From Alphaproteobacteria bacterium (lineage in GTDB: Bacteria > Pseudomonadota > Alphaproteobacteria > UBA7887), in assembly GCA_965216755.1 (NCBI GenBank), contig CBDCGL010000011.1, forward strand, positions 352,001-416,000: a DNA stretch of 64,000 nucleotides, in the 5' to 3' direction. This document shows positions 51,113-61,731 of this stretch, piece by piece. The position numbers and the translations under genes were made by a program. Below the pieces are notes generated by a model that made no database searches, was not told the DNA's origin, and saw only the letters and a program-made list of their open reading frames with translations. How positions within the stretch are numbered: position 1 is the stretch's first letter; each line of letters opens with the position of its first letter.

Positions 51113-51946
51113 GGGCTTGTTGAGAATTAGGATTCCCATGGTGTTGTATTTGTGATTCAAGCTTCCTTTTGGGGGCTTTGATGACGCGTACAGTACTTTC
51201 AGACGATCAATGGGCCAAGATGGAGCCGCATTGCTTAGGCAAGCGGACTGATCCGGGCCGCAGTGGTGATAACAACCGGTTGTTTGTCGAAGGGGTTTTG
51301 TGGAAGGCGCGGACGGGCAGTCCTTGGCGCGATCTTCCTGAAGAATTCGGCAAGTGGAACACGGTATTCAAGCGGTTTGACGATTGGTCGAAGGCGGGCG
51401 TTTTCGAACGCCTCTTTGCCGCGGTCTCGGATGACCCTGATATGGAATATGCCATGATCGACGCCACCATTGTTCCGGTCCACCGCCACGGACACGGCGC
51501 AAAAGGGGGACTCAAAATCAAGCCATCGGCAAGTCGAAGGGAGGCTGGACCACCAAAATCCTTGCGCTGACGGATGGCTTGGGAAATCTCGTACGCTTTG
51601 TCCTGCTGGCGGGAAACCGTTACGATACGGTCGGTGTTGCGCCGCTAATCGAAGACATCGAATTCGACGCAGTGCTGGCCGATAAAGCATTCGATTCCAA
51701 CTGGATCATCGAAGAGATGAATGAACGCGGGGCGCAGATCGTCATTTCGCAACGCCCCCAGAGGTTGGCCCCTCTCAAGATTGATCTGGAGATCTACAAG
51801 TGGCGCCACCTGATCGAAAACTTCTTTGCGAAGCTCAAGGAATTCAAAGCGGTCGCCATGCGTTGCGAAAAGACAGATCGTAACTTTTGTTCCATGATTC
51901 ACGCATGCGCCGCGGTCATCAATTCTCGATGAATCTCAACAAGCCC
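51113..51946 (+). mobile_element. IS5-family (IS427-like) element, apparently intact; two ORFs joined by a -1 frameshift
   Basis: Terminal IRs GGGCTTGTTGAGA, TA on both flanks; orfA 51181-51570 (LSDDQW, RTGSPWRDLP, IDAT); slippery AAAAGGGGG at 51501; orfB to 51932 (ADKAFD, YKWRHLIENFF). Confidence 0.92.
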
Positions 51947-52025
51947 TAGTACGAGATTGCTCTGCTTCCCAGGACCATTTCGATCTTGCTTCACATGCAG
52001 GGAGCCGGCAAGGAAGCCGATGCGG

Positions 52026-54194
52026 TTACGGTTTTTGCCGAGACGCTACCCCAGAGACAAATTTGAGAAGTCGCGCGGAGTCGACAGGTTTGGCCATATA
52101 GTCATCCATGCCGAGTGAAAGGTAACGCTCCCGATCGCCGACCATAGCATCTGCCGTCAGCGCAATTATTGGCATCTTCGAGTTCATCCCAGGTATTTGT
52201 CGAATTTCACGTGTTGCCGCAATTCCATCCATAACTGGCATGTGAATGTCCATCAAAACAAGATCGTAAGGCTTCTCGCGCGCCGCTTGTACAGCCGCAA
52301 CGCCATTGCAGACAATGTCCACGGCGTGGCCGCGCGATTCCAGGGTAAGCAATGCGACTTCTCGATTGATCGCGTTGTCATCGGCCACCAATACTCGCAA
52401 CTTGTCCTCAGAGAGTTGAGGCGAGGTTTGAATCGGATCGAGCGCCGGCGGTTCGACATTGGCGGTCGGTGCCCGTTCTCGGTTAACCAAAATGTTAAAC
52501 TGAAACGTGGTTCCTGCGCCTTCGGTGCTTTCGAACTCAATATTGCCGCCCATGAGCTGCACTAATTCTTTGGAAATAGCTAGCCCTAGTCCGGTGCCCC
52601 CAAATCGACGCGTCGTCGAGGCATCGACTTGGGAAAATTTTGAAAATATCTTGTCGGAATCCTTCGGTGCAATGCCAATGCCAGTATCTGTAACTCGGAA
52701 AATGAGATCAATGACGCCGCCGCTTCTTGCATCGGCATCGACAACAAGTGAAACACTTCCAGATTCCGTGAATTTTATGGCATTGCCAACGATGTTCAAA
52801 AGTACTTGTCGAAGGCGTGTTTGGTCGCCAACAACGCACCTTGGCACTGCAGCCGATATGTCCACAAAGAATCCCAGGTTCTTTTGTATGGCCCGCGGTT
52901 CTGTAACAGCCTGGACACTACGAACAATCGTGATAACGGAATAGAGCTCCTCTTCGAGCTCGATCTTTCCTGCCTCGATCTTCGAGATATCAAGAATATC
53001 GTTCAATATATCGAGCAATCCGTCGCTGCATTGCTTTATGCGCTCGGCATAGTGCCGCTGCTTTCCGTTCAGAGACGAACCAAGAAGAAACCCCGTCATG
53101 CCCAGAATTCCGTTCATTGGCGTCCGAATTTCATGGCTCATGGTTGCAAGGAAGTTGGACTTTATTTCGTTCGCTCGTTCAGCCTGCTCCTTAGCCTCTC
53201 GCAAATCCTTTTCGCGGCGGCGCAATTCATTTGCCAATTCCCTGTGCGTTACGTCGGTGAACGTAAATACGTAGCCGCCATCTGTAGTCGGGTTGCCATT
53301 GACTTCATGAGTTTCTTCACCTCTCAATTTCCAGAGCTTCGTGATGTCGGATTTGTTATGGATGGCTAGGCGCAGCGCCTGAAACAGATTGGGCGTATCG
53401 GTGCTGGTTGCCTCTGGCCGACGTCTGACACTCTCGATTAGGGCATCCCAGTCGGCGCCAGGATGGCAGCGCGACTCGGATAAACCGAGGAGACGAACAA
53501 ATTTCTGATTGAAGACAACAAGACGGTTCGATTCATCGATCATGGCAACCGCTTGAGCCATGTTTTCTAGAACGGCGGTAAGCTGGCGACCTTTTTCGAC
53601 AACTTCGCGTTCATGACGTTTTAGCTCGCTAATCTCTGTATAGACGCAAACTGTTCCACCGTCTTCAGTCTTGCGTTCTACGGCGAGAACCCACCGATCG
53701 CTAGAAATCCGGATTTCGTGTGGCTCGTCGCAACGCTTGTGGAGATCCAGGCGTCTCCGGATCCATTCCTCCGTATCACGAGCCAATTCGGCGGCATGTA
53801 CACCACGTCCTGCGACAAGCTTGCGTAGAAGTTCCTCGTAAGTCGGGCCGGGTATTGGTAGCTCGACCCCCCCAAGCTGAAATCCGCGCCTGAAACCCTT
53901 ATTGCAGATGACAAGGCGATCCTCGGCATCAAAGAGGGCGACGGACTCTTCGAGATTCTCCAACGCATTGGAAAGCAGCGATCGCTGTCGAATTCGCGCT
54001 TCAGCTTCAGCAACGACTTTCTGATTGAGGGCCGACATTTCCTCTGACAAAAGACCGAATGATCGCTCTGTCAATTGCCTTTGTTTGTCAGCCTCCTCAT
54101 AGGCGGCACTGACCAGTTCTAAGAGTCTTTCGTGGTCGACATTCCCGTCTGCCCCAACGGACCTCTTCAATTGCCGCTCTAATAGCCGATGCAT
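52026..54194 (-). CDS. cytoplasmic PAS-PAS hybrid histidine kinase (HisKA-HATPase-REC)
   Basis: [41 protein letters not shown]; no TM segment. Confidence 0.93.
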   Translation of the reverse strand: MHRLLERQLKRSVGADGNVDHERLLELVSAAYEEADKQRQLTERSFGLLSEEMSALNQKVVAEAEARIRQRSLLSNALENLEESVALFDAEDRLVICNKGFRRGFQLGGVELPIPGPTYEELLRKLVAGRGVHAAELARDTEEWIRRRLDLHKRCDEPHEIRISSDRWVLAVERKTEDGGTVCVYTEISELKRHEREVVEKGRQLTAVLENMAQAVAMIDESNRLVVFNQKFVRLLGLSESRCHPGADWDALIESVRRRPEATSTDTPNLFQALRLAIHNKSDITKLWKLRGEETHEVNGNPTTDGGYVFTFTDVTHRELANELRRREKDLREAKEQAERANEIKSNFLATMSHEIRTPMNGILGMTGFLLGSSLNGKQRHYAERIKQCSDGLLDILNDILDISKIEAGKIELEEELYSVITIVRSVQAVTEPRAIQKNLGFFVDISAAVPRCVVGDQTRLRQVLLNIVGNAIKFTESGSVSLVVDADARSGGVIDLIFRVTDTGIGIAPKDSDKIFSKFSQVDASTTRRFGGTGLGLAISKELVQLMGGNIEFESTEGAGTTFQFNILVNRERAPTANVEPPALDPIQTSPQLSEDKLRVLVADDNAINREVALLTLESRGHAVDIVCNGVAAVQAAREKPYDLVLMDIHMPVMDGIAATREIRQIPGMNSKMPIIALTADAMVGDRERYLSLGMDDYMAKPVDSARLLKFVSGVASRQKP

Positions 54195-54249
54195 CCCACT
54201 ACACCGTGGATCTAGAATAGTGACAGACCTGATCGCGCTGTGAAATCGC

Positions 54250-55389
54250 CTAGGATTCCGAGAGGACGGTCACTGTCATAGTCTGATTGTGAAGTTCACA
54301 CATGCCGGACCGCGCGTGGGGCGAAATCTCACCGTATGAATAGAAGCCGGCTTGGACGGTATTCTCGCCTAAGACATCCGCAACCGCTTCAATTTCCTCG
54401 CTGGCTCTTTGTCCAAGAAGCAGCTTCCGTCCGATGCAGCTGACAAGAAACGCTACACGTTCCTTGCCTACATTGCAGCTCTGGTTCGCTTGTTGGGCGG
54501 CTGATGCCGCGCCTTCGACCAAGTGATCGAAATTACCATGCATCAACTGAGCAACATCTCCTTCCGGGATGTTGCCTGCAAATATCATGCTTTGCTCATC
54601 TTCGTTGACACCGACAATAGTACGAACGATATCGTGGTCCGATTGATCCTTCGGTCTGACTTTCAATGGAAAATGGAGCGCGCTACTCGGCAAATGTTCC
54701 GCTTCCGGGCCAAGGTAGCGCTTGTACAAAGATAAGGCTGGCTCGCCATCAAGCTCGTACAACACGTTACCACAGGCGCGCGTAATGCGGCGCTCCGGGC
54801 CAAACACGTTCCATCCGCCCATACTTCCGTGGCCCACTATCAAAGAGTCACCATAGAATCCGACGGCCGCCACCTGCCCCTGTCGCGGGATATCGTTAAG
54901 TGCCACAAAGGTCGCGCCAAAACGGTCTGCGTCCCCAGCGAGGCCGCCTGTGACGGAAACGTTTTCACCAACTTTGTCCGTGATCCCTTTGACCAGCATG
55001 CTGCCATTAACGTGAATACCGTCTGACAAGATAAAAATCGCGGTTAAGGTAGGGTCGCTTAACTCGCGGGCTATAACGTTACCTGCGTCGTATGACTGAT
55101 CACTATTTTCGATTTGGTATGAGGCCGTTCTGACTCTTGTTTTGCTAAACTCGATGGCAGTAGAAATGACAGAACTATCAACAGCTTCATCGGAAACGAT
55201 CTCGCCGCCGGTCGAGCACCCAACAATTTCGGCCCCCGGATACATGTCTCGAATTTCGGCAAAAACCCCCGCCGAATTGCCAAGGTCCGGAGAGGCAAAA
55301 TACATGACAATTTGTGGAGATATATTATCCGAATTGTGACAAGTGGTCCAACCAGTCTCGGGTGTCCACTTTTTTTGTTGAATCAACAT
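54250..55389 (-). CDS. FIST N/C domain signalling protein (NosP-like)
   Basis: GCSTGGEI, LSDGIHVNGS, GGLAGD, GNVLYELDG.PAL, SCIGR, GFYSYGEI, LHNQTMT. Confidence 0.92.
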   Translation of the reverse strand: MLIQQKKWTPETGWTTCHNSDNISPQIVMYFASPDLGNSAGVFAEIRDMYPGAEIVGCSTGGEIVSDEAVDSSVISTAIEFSKTRVRTASYQIENSDQSYDAGNVIARELSDPTLTAIFILSDGIHVNGSMLVKGITDKVGENVSVTGGLAGDADRFGATFVALNDIPRQGQVAAVGFYGDSLIVGHGSMGGWNVFGPERRITRACGNVLYELDGEPALSLYKRYLGPEAEHLPSSALHFPLKVRPKDQSDHDIVRTIVGVNEDEQSMIFAGNIPEGDVAQLMHGNFDHLVEGAASAAQQANQSCNVGKERVAFLVSCIGRKLLLGQRASEEIEAVADVLGENTVQAGFYSYGEISPHARSGMCELHNQTMTVTVLSES

Positions 55390-55597
55390 CCATCGGCTCC
55401 GTCAGCGATAAGGCAGGGTCCAGACGCGGAGGGTCGGGTGCAACAAACATGGGCTGCAGCGTCAACCGCAACCGGATTATCTTTCGGTTTTCTTAAAAGA
55501 CTCTTGCGTGGGTCGTGGTGCGTCGTATCCGGCCGGCCGTCGCGCGGTTGAGCAGACGTCTGGAGCCCTCGTGCAAAACAACCGGTGTGCGAAAGCC

Positions 55598-55630
55598 AAA
55601 AAAGCGGCGCGGGATAGTTCAACCCGCGCC
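55598..55630 (-). terminator. intrinsic terminator-like hairpin upstream of the FIST gene
   Basis: Minus strand GGCGCGGG-9nt-CCCGCGCC-GC-TTTTTT. Confidence 0.55.
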
Positions 55631-55847
55631 CCCATTGCGACGTGCTGCTCATTCGGACATTGATCTTCCGGATTCACTTTTGGTTCACCCGTTACCGTTC
55701 GGATCGTGTGGGAGCTTGCCTAGGTCGCCGCCGGGGTTTTCAGGCCGTGTCGTGAGGCCTCTCAAAAGGTGCCACAAAGTAAGGGTGTTTTCACATTTAC
55801 CCGGTTTCATCGAGAGCGAATGGCGACCCGTTAACCGAGTCAATTTG

Positions 55848-57953
55848 ATGGAAATCTGCCCACCCGGCCAGGATGTCCAACCAACAGCTGTTGTCGCCGA
55901 TGATGACGCCACGCAGCGGTTGCTCTTGAGAGCATCCCTAGAGAAAGCCGGTTTCCTCGTTGAGGAAGCGCGCAACGGTGCAGGTGCGATTACCCTGGTG
56001 CAAAAACATGTACCCGACTTGGTCGTGTTAGACGTAATGATGCCCAGTGTCGACGGCTTTACGGCATGTCGGGAGTTGCGCCAACTCACAATCACACAAC
56101 ACACACCGATTGTAATGGTCACCGCGGCCGACGATATTGAATCGATCGAACAAGCCTATGACGCCGGTGCGACGGACTTCATCGCAAAACCAATAAACTG
56201 GACAATATTTGTCCAGCGAATGCGATACATGGCCCGTGCGAGCCAGGCACTCGCCGAGTTGAGGACAAGCCGTGAACATTTGGCTGACGCCCAAGAGATC
56301 GCAAATCTCGGAAGTTGGGAATTTGAGCCGAGCGGTTCACGGTTCGATTGTTCCGCAGAGTTGTATCGCATTTTAGGCCACCGAAAGACAGATCGGCCGT
56401 TTACGATTTCGAATTTCCTGGAATATGTCCACATTGAAGACCGAAGTCACTTAAGGGCTGCGTTGGAGGACGGGGTCCGGGCAAAACGTGGCTTCAGCTT
56501 TGAGTTTCGAGTTGTGCGACGGGACAAGACGGAACGAACCTTATCGTCACACGCCAAAATCGTCGATCGTGGCGGTTCGGTCGCGTTGCGCGGAACTTGT
56601 TTAGATGTTACGGAGTTGCGCGAAGCTGAAGCGCGTATGTTTCATTTGGCGCATCATGACGCACTCACGGATCTACCCAATCGGGTTTTGTTCCACGACA
56701 GGCTTGGCCAATCCATTGCCAGGGCCGACCGAGACAATGTTTCTGTCGCTGTCCTATGCATCGACTTAGATCATTTCAAAGACGTCAATGACACATTGGG
56801 CCATGCCGCGGGCGACAAATTGCTCCAAGCCACGAGCCGCCGCCTGCAAGAAGAAATCCGCGCTTCAGATACTCTGGCGCGATTGGGCGGCGACGAATTT
56901 GCGATTGTTGAAGTCGGTTCACCGGATCAAGATGGCGTAAATTCTCTTGCGACACGGATCGTCGAACGCCTGACACGGCCATTCAATATCGATGGTCACG
57001 AAGTTTTGGTTGGCGCAAGCGTGGGCATTGCGATGTGCCCGAAACATGGGCATGAGGCTGAACAACTCCTGAAGAACGCAGATATTGCCCTGTACAAGGC
57101 CAAGGCTAGCGGGCGACAAACCTACTGTCATTTCCACGAAGGGATGGATGATCACCTGCGTGCGCGGAAGGCCATGGAGCAAGATCTCCGGCAAGCGCTA
57201 CTTAAGAATTGGTTCTTGCTCTACTATCAACCCCAATTGGATGTCAAAACTGGAAAGGTGATTGGCGCGGAAGCGCTTCTAAGACTAGAACATCCCGAAA
57301 AAGGACTCTTGAATCCCGGTGAGTTTATTCCGTTGGCCGAAGATATCGGATTGATTAACCCGATCGGCGAGTGGGTTCTCAGAGCGGCGGCGTCCCGTGG
57401 GGCCAAATGGCACAAGCAAGGCTTGCGACTGCGAATCGCGGTGAACATATCGCCGAGCCAATTTCAACAGACAGATCTCCCACAGATAGTCGGGGAAATT
57501 CTTCGGGAAACCGATTTCGATCCTCGGTACTTGGAACTGGAGATTACGGAAAGCGTCTTGATGAGTGACACGGCGGCGTCACTGAAGACATTGCACGCGC
57601 TCCGCGAACTTGGCGTACACGTTGCAATGGACGATTTCGGGACCGGCTACTCGTCGCTGAGCTACCTAAGGTTGTTTCCTTTCGATCGCATTAAAATCGA
57701 CCGTTCGTTTATATCCGGACTCACTGAGAGTCCCGATTCCGCGGCGATCGTTAGAGCCATCGTCCTGCTGGGCCGAAGCCTGAAAATGCTTACGACCGCG
57801 GAAGGTGTCGAGACCGCGACACAGCTCGCGATGCTGGCCGATGAATCTTGCGATGAAGTGCAAGGTTTTCATTTGAGCGTGCCGTTGCCGGCGGAACAGT
57901 TGGAACAATGGATGCTGCCCTGCACACCGGAATTGGATTCCCAGGCAAGTTAA
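55848..57953 (+). CDS. REC-PAS-GGDEF-EAL response regulator (c-di-GMP cyclase/phosphodiesterase)
   Basis: VVLDVMMP receiver; RASD I-site plus GGDEF; EAL, DDFGTGYSSL, KIDRSF, EGVE all intact; start estimated at ATG 55848. Confidence 0.93.
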   Translation: MEICPPGQDVQPTAVVADDDATQRLLLRASLEKAGFLVEEARNGAGAITLVQKHVPDLVVLDVMMPSVDGFTACRELRQLTITQHTPIVMVTAADDIESIEQAYDAGATDFIAKPINWTIFVQRMRYMARASQALAELRTSREHLADAQEIANLGSWEFEPSGSRFDCSAELYRILGHRKTDRPFTISNFLEYVHIEDRSHLRAALEDGVRAKRGFSFEFRVVRRDKTERTLSSHAKIVDRGGSVALRGTCLDVTELREAEARMFHLAHHDALTDLPNRVLFHDRLGQSIARADRDNVSVAVLCIDLDHFKDVNDTLGHAAGDKLLQATSRRLQEEIRASDTLARLGGDEFAIVEVGSPDQDGVNSLATRIVERLTRPFNIDGHEVLVGASVGIAMCPKHGHEAEQLLKNADIALYKAKASGRQTYCHFHEGMDDHLRARKAMEQDLRQALLKNWFLLYYQPQLDVKTGKVIGAEALLRLEHPEKGLLNPGEFIPLAEDIGLINPIGEWVLRAAASRGAKWHKQGLRLRIAVNISPSQFQQTDLPQIVGEILRETDFDPRYLELEITESVLMSDTAASLKTLHALRELGVHVAMDDFGTGYSSLSYLRLFPFDRIKIDRSFISGLTESPDSAAIVRAIVLLGRSLKMLTTAEGVETATQLAMLADESCDEVQGFHLSVPLPAEQLEQWMLPCTPELDSQAS

Positions 57954-58101
57954 GCTTGCCTCGGCGAACTGTGTTGAATGTAGCCAATACAAGCACCTTC
58001 GTGGCAGCACGCGCACATTGGGCTTTTCGTTACTTGGCTCAAACAGGTCCGACGTGCGCAAATAGTATGGAACTTGAAGCAATCAGAGCGGTACTCACTC
58101 T

Positions 58102-60324
58102 ATGACGGTTGACGTGAGAATATTGGAACGCCTGTACCGTGTCGCGGCTGCGGTGGATTCACCACTGCGTGACAAAATGAACAGTTTGCTACAGCAACTA
58201 GAGTGCCAAGTCCGCGCAATGGCCGATCAATCGGCGGCGCGCGAAGCCGCTCAAGCCGATGCAATTGTGAACGCCGCCGTGATGATGGCTGAACTTGAAA
58301 CCGCGCACGCCGCGCTCGACAAAGCACGCCAAGAAGCAGAGGCGGCCAACGCGGCGAAATCACAGTTCTTGGCGAATATGAGCCACGAGATACGGACCCC
58401 GATTAATGGCGTAACGGGCATGACCGAGGTGTTGCTGAAAACTGCGCTTGACGACAAACAGAAGCGCTGTGCCGACATCATACACCGCTCCGCCAATACG
58501 CTCTTGCGAGTCATAAACGATATTCTCGACTTCTCAAAGATTGAAGCGGGCATGCTTGAAATCCAAGAGGAGCAATTTGAACTGCGAGCTCTCGTGGACG
58601 ACGTCGTTGAGCTATTTGCAGAAAACGCAGCACACAAGGGACTAGAGCTTATTTCAAACGTTTCAGTGGGAAAATCACCACCATACGTTGGGGATGCCGC
58701 CCGGGTTTCGCAAGTCCTGATCAATCTCATCGGCAACGCAATAAAGTTTACCCAGACAGGCGAAGTAGTTGTCTCTGCTTCGTTGGCGGACAACAAGTCT
58801 GCTGGCAAGGCCGTGCTGAGATTTGAGGTCCGAGATACGGGGATAGGTATCTCGAATTCTGCGAAGGATCGTATCTTCGAATCGTTCGTCCAAGCCGACA
58901 CATCTACGGAACGGCAATTTGGTGGTACCGGTCTCGGCTTGGCAATTTCCGCCCAGCTGGTGAAATTGATGGGTGGCAAGATCGGTGTTGACAGTGTCGC
59001 AGGTGAGGGCAGCATTTTTTGGTTCACTATCGTGGTGGGTGTGGCCGAAGATGAACATGAAGAAGACTTTAGCGATGCATACAATGAGCTTGCCGATATG
59101 CGCGTACTTGTCGTTGATGACAATGCGACGAATCGGGAAGTGCTTGCACACCAACTGTTAGATTGGGGAACAATATTCACCATTGCCGCCAGACCAACTG
59201 AGGCCCTTCAAGTTTTCGAACACGGAGATGCGGCAGACAACCCTTTCGACCTGATGATCCTTGATATGCAAATGCCAGAGATGAACGGGCTAGAGCTTGC
59301 GCAAGAGATTGCGCGGATTAAAGAAGGGCGTGCGCCAGGCGCGATTATCTTGAGTTCAATCTTCGACCATATCGATCCGAATCAGGCAGAACGTGCGGGT
59401 GTGTCATTCGTCCTGCCAAAACCTGTGCGTCAGGAGGTCTTATACCGGCACCTTGTGAAGATAGTAACCAAACAGCGAAGACGTCCGAATACGGTCGAGG
59501 TTCCGGCTTCGCGCGTTGATCCGGCGATTTGTTGGGGACGCGTTTTGGTTGTCGAGGACAATATCGTCAATCAGGAAGTTGCCCGGGAGTTTCTGGAACA
59601 TATGGGGCTTTCGGTCGAAGTGGCCGGTGACGGCCAATCGGCGCTCACCGCTTACCGAAATGGAAATTTCGATCTGATTCTTATGGATTGTCACATGCCG
59701 GTGATGGATGGACTCGAGTCAACGGCAGCAATCCGTGCGACAGAAACCGAATCGGGCACGCGAATCCCAATCATTGCGCTAACGGCGAACGCCATGCCGG
59801 GACATGAGGCAAAATGCATCACAGCAGGAATGGATGGATTCCTACCGAAACCGTTTTCCGAGCAACAATTGCAATCCGCGATACAAGAATGGCTGCCACA
59901 GGCGGTGCAAACGGGAGATGCGCTACCGAAACCCAAGGCGTCCATCGACTTAGACAAAGTACAGCTGCCCGATATTGATCCGTCAGTCTTGGATGCGTAC
60001 CGATTCTTGGATGATGGTGGACAAAATAGCATGAGGGCGCGAATCATAGACACGTTTATCGATCACGCAGACGCAGTCCTGGTTGAGCTTGAGGCAGCGG
60101 TGGCGGAGCGCGACGCGGCCAAAATCCAATTTGCCAGCCACTCATTACGATCGGCCAGCGGGAATGTGGGTGCGTTGAAGTTGTCAGCGTTGTGTGCCGA
60201 ATTGGAGTCCGATGTGGCTGCCAATAGAATTGATCAGGCGGTGGAGCAGTTTAGCCAACTGAGGCAGTCACTCATCGACGTTCGCGTCGTCTTGACTAAG
60301 GAGCAACAAGCGCCGGCCGCTTGA
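58102..60324 (+). CDS. hybrid histidine kinase HisKA-HATPase-REC-REC-Hpt without a sensor domain
   Basis: [12 protein letters not shown]; two receivers ([15 protein letters not shown]); Hpt [13 protein letters not shown]. Confidence 0.93.
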   Translation: MTVDVRILERLYRVAAAVDSPLRDKMNSLLQQLECQVRAMADQSAAREAAQADAIVNAAVMMAELETAHAALDKARQEAEAANAAKSQFLANMSHEIRTPINGVTGMTEVLLKTALDDKQKRCADIIHRSANTLLRVINDILDFSKIEAGMLEIQEEQFELRALVDDVVELFAENAAHKGLELISNVSVGKSPPYVGDAARVSQVLINLIGNAIKFTQTGEVVVSASLADNKSAGKAVLRFEVRDTGIGISNSAKDRIFESFVQADTSTERQFGGTGLGLAISAQLVKLMGGKIGVDSVAGEGSIFWFTIVVGVAEDEHEEDFSDAYNELADMRVLVVDDNATNREVLAHQLLDWGTIFTIAARPTEALQVFEHGDAADNPFDLMILDMQMPEMNGLELAQEIARIKEGRAPGAIILSSIFDHIDPNQAERAGVSFVLPKPVRQEVLYRHLVKIVTKQRRRPNTVEVPASRVDPAICWGRVLVVEDNIVNQEVAREFLEHMGLSVEVAGDGQSALTAYRNGNFDLILMDCHMPVMDGLESTAAIRATETESGTRIPIIALTANAMPGHEAKCITAGMDGFLPKPFSEQQLQSAIQEWLPQAVQTGDALPKPKASIDLDKVQLPDIDPSVLDAYRFLDDGGQNSMRARIIDTFIDHADAVLVELEAAVAERDAAKIQFASHSLRSASGNVGALKLSALCAELESDVAANRIDQAVEQFSQLRQSLIDVRVVLTKEQQAPAA

Positions 60325-60340
60325 CCGAGCGGACTTCCTA

Positions 60341-60401
60341 GCAGGCTGGTGAAAAACTACGCATCTTAAGCACGGTATCATGATTCTCTGGTAGAATAGC
60401 A
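60341..60401 (+). mobile_element. possible IS5/IS1182-type left-end remnant
   Basis: TA-GCAGGCTGGTGAAAAAC resembles IS ends from memory; interrupted by the IS256 end; no transposase seen. Confidence 0.3.
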
Positions 60402-60650
60402 GAGCAATGAGCGAAAGTTTGCGACGACGGTGTAGAAGGAGGTGGCGTATCGTGGCGGTGAAGAGCCAGCCACATCTCCCGAAAGGAAGTGATGCGCCAT
60501 CAGCAAAGATGCTGTTGTTCGGTTAAACCAACCAGATGAAATTGAAGATCCGTTGACGGAAGTCTTGCGATCCGGCGCGCGGACGCTTTTGGCACAAGCG
60601 GTCGAGGCGGAGGTTGCGACGTTTCTGGCTGCGTTCGAAGACCTGACCAC
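60402..60650 (+). mobile_element. IS256-family left-end fragment (inverted, diverged copy of about 50620-50871)
   Basis: GAGCAATGAGCGAAAGTT IR, then ..PDEIEDPLTEVLRSGARTLLAQAVEAEVATFLAAFEDLTT, then truncated. Confidence 0.88.
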
Positions 60651-60747
60651 TCTGTTTTTCGGCCTCACGCTATCAGAATGGCGGCCGCGGCCGTGTGGAT
60701 GACACGACGACGGCCTGACCAAACACAACCTATCAAGGAGGTCGTGA

Positions 60748-61161
60748 TGGCTAATGGCCGGTCTATACCCGAATCCAAATCGATCACCGAGCTCGCGTCC
60801 GAATTGACCCGTATGTGGGATATCATGGCGGAAGCGGATGAGCAGTCGATTGCCGCGGATCGTGCCTAATAGTGATGCCAACAAGCGGATTGCCGGCCTC
60901 GAACGGAAGATTCTCGACACGCCAGTAACAAGTTTGTCGGTCGCACAAACCGTGGTGCCTGTGTGCATTTTCGAGCCAAGCTGCGTTTCCGTTTTGGCGC
61001 TCAGCGACGAAGCTAGAGAGACGTTGTACAAACGGTTGGTACGCGCCCTGAGGGTCATTCTTCAGTTGCTTGAGCGCGAAACGAGCATGTCAATGGATGC
61101 AATGGTCGGCGCACGCTATCAACCGGATGATCAGGAAGCACAGGTGGCTGGCGACGCCTGA
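60748..61161 (+). pseudogene. probable frameshifted hypothetical gene
   Basis: AAGGAGG RBS before MANGRSIPE... which stops at 60869; an overlapping helical ORF continues in another frame to 61161. Confidence 0.35.
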
Positions 61162-61338
61162 CCACGGCCGCGCTTCGCTGCGAGGTCCCGTCGTTTGGCG
61201 GGACCTTTTGATTCAGCGCATCGAAAAGTTGCAGATTGTTCCCCTGGCTGCGCCCCTGGCGATGGTCTTGTGTGTGCTGCAAATGCGTTAAATATCTGGT
61301 ATTCAAAACGAAATCACTCTGAAAAAGGAGAATCTTCC

Positions 61339-61653
61339 ATGTCGAGCGTACATGTCTTGGCGATAATCACCGCGAAACCTGGCCAGCGGGCCCACCTTCT
61401 TGAATTGTTTAATGCCAATGTGCCGGCCGTGCACGCTGAAGACGGCTGTATCGAATATGGCGCGACCATCGATGCAGAAGGCGTTGGCGGTTTCCAAACC
61501 AAATTCGGTGACGACACATTTGTTGTGGTGGAGACATGGGCGAGCCTCGACGCATTGAAAGCGCACGCGGCATCTCCGCATATGGCAGCGTATGCGGCCA
61601 AGGCCAAAGATCACATAGCCGAACGTGTGGTTCATGTGCTCTCGCCAGCCTAG
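61339..61653 (+). CDS. putative quinol monooxygenase (ABM domain)
   Basis: VHVLAIITAKPG, AEDGCIEY, VETWASLDALKAH..SPHM; AAAGGAG RBS. Confidence 0.9.
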   Translation: MSSVHVLAIITAKPGQRAHLLELFNANVPAVHAEDGCIEYGATIDAEGVGGFQTKFGDDTFVVVETWASLDALKAHAASPHMAAYAAKAKDHIAERVVHVLSPA

Positions 61654-61731
61654 AGTCTCCACGATTTGCGATTCGGGCCGTGGACCAGTAGTGTCCTGGC
61701 CGCCCGACATAACATTCAGGAGGAATGGTGA

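Noticed and set aside
55515-55847. N-terminal extension of the GGDEF-EAL ORF
   Set aside because: Non-protein-like composition and overlap with a terminator-like hairpin; the receiver domain begins near 55880.
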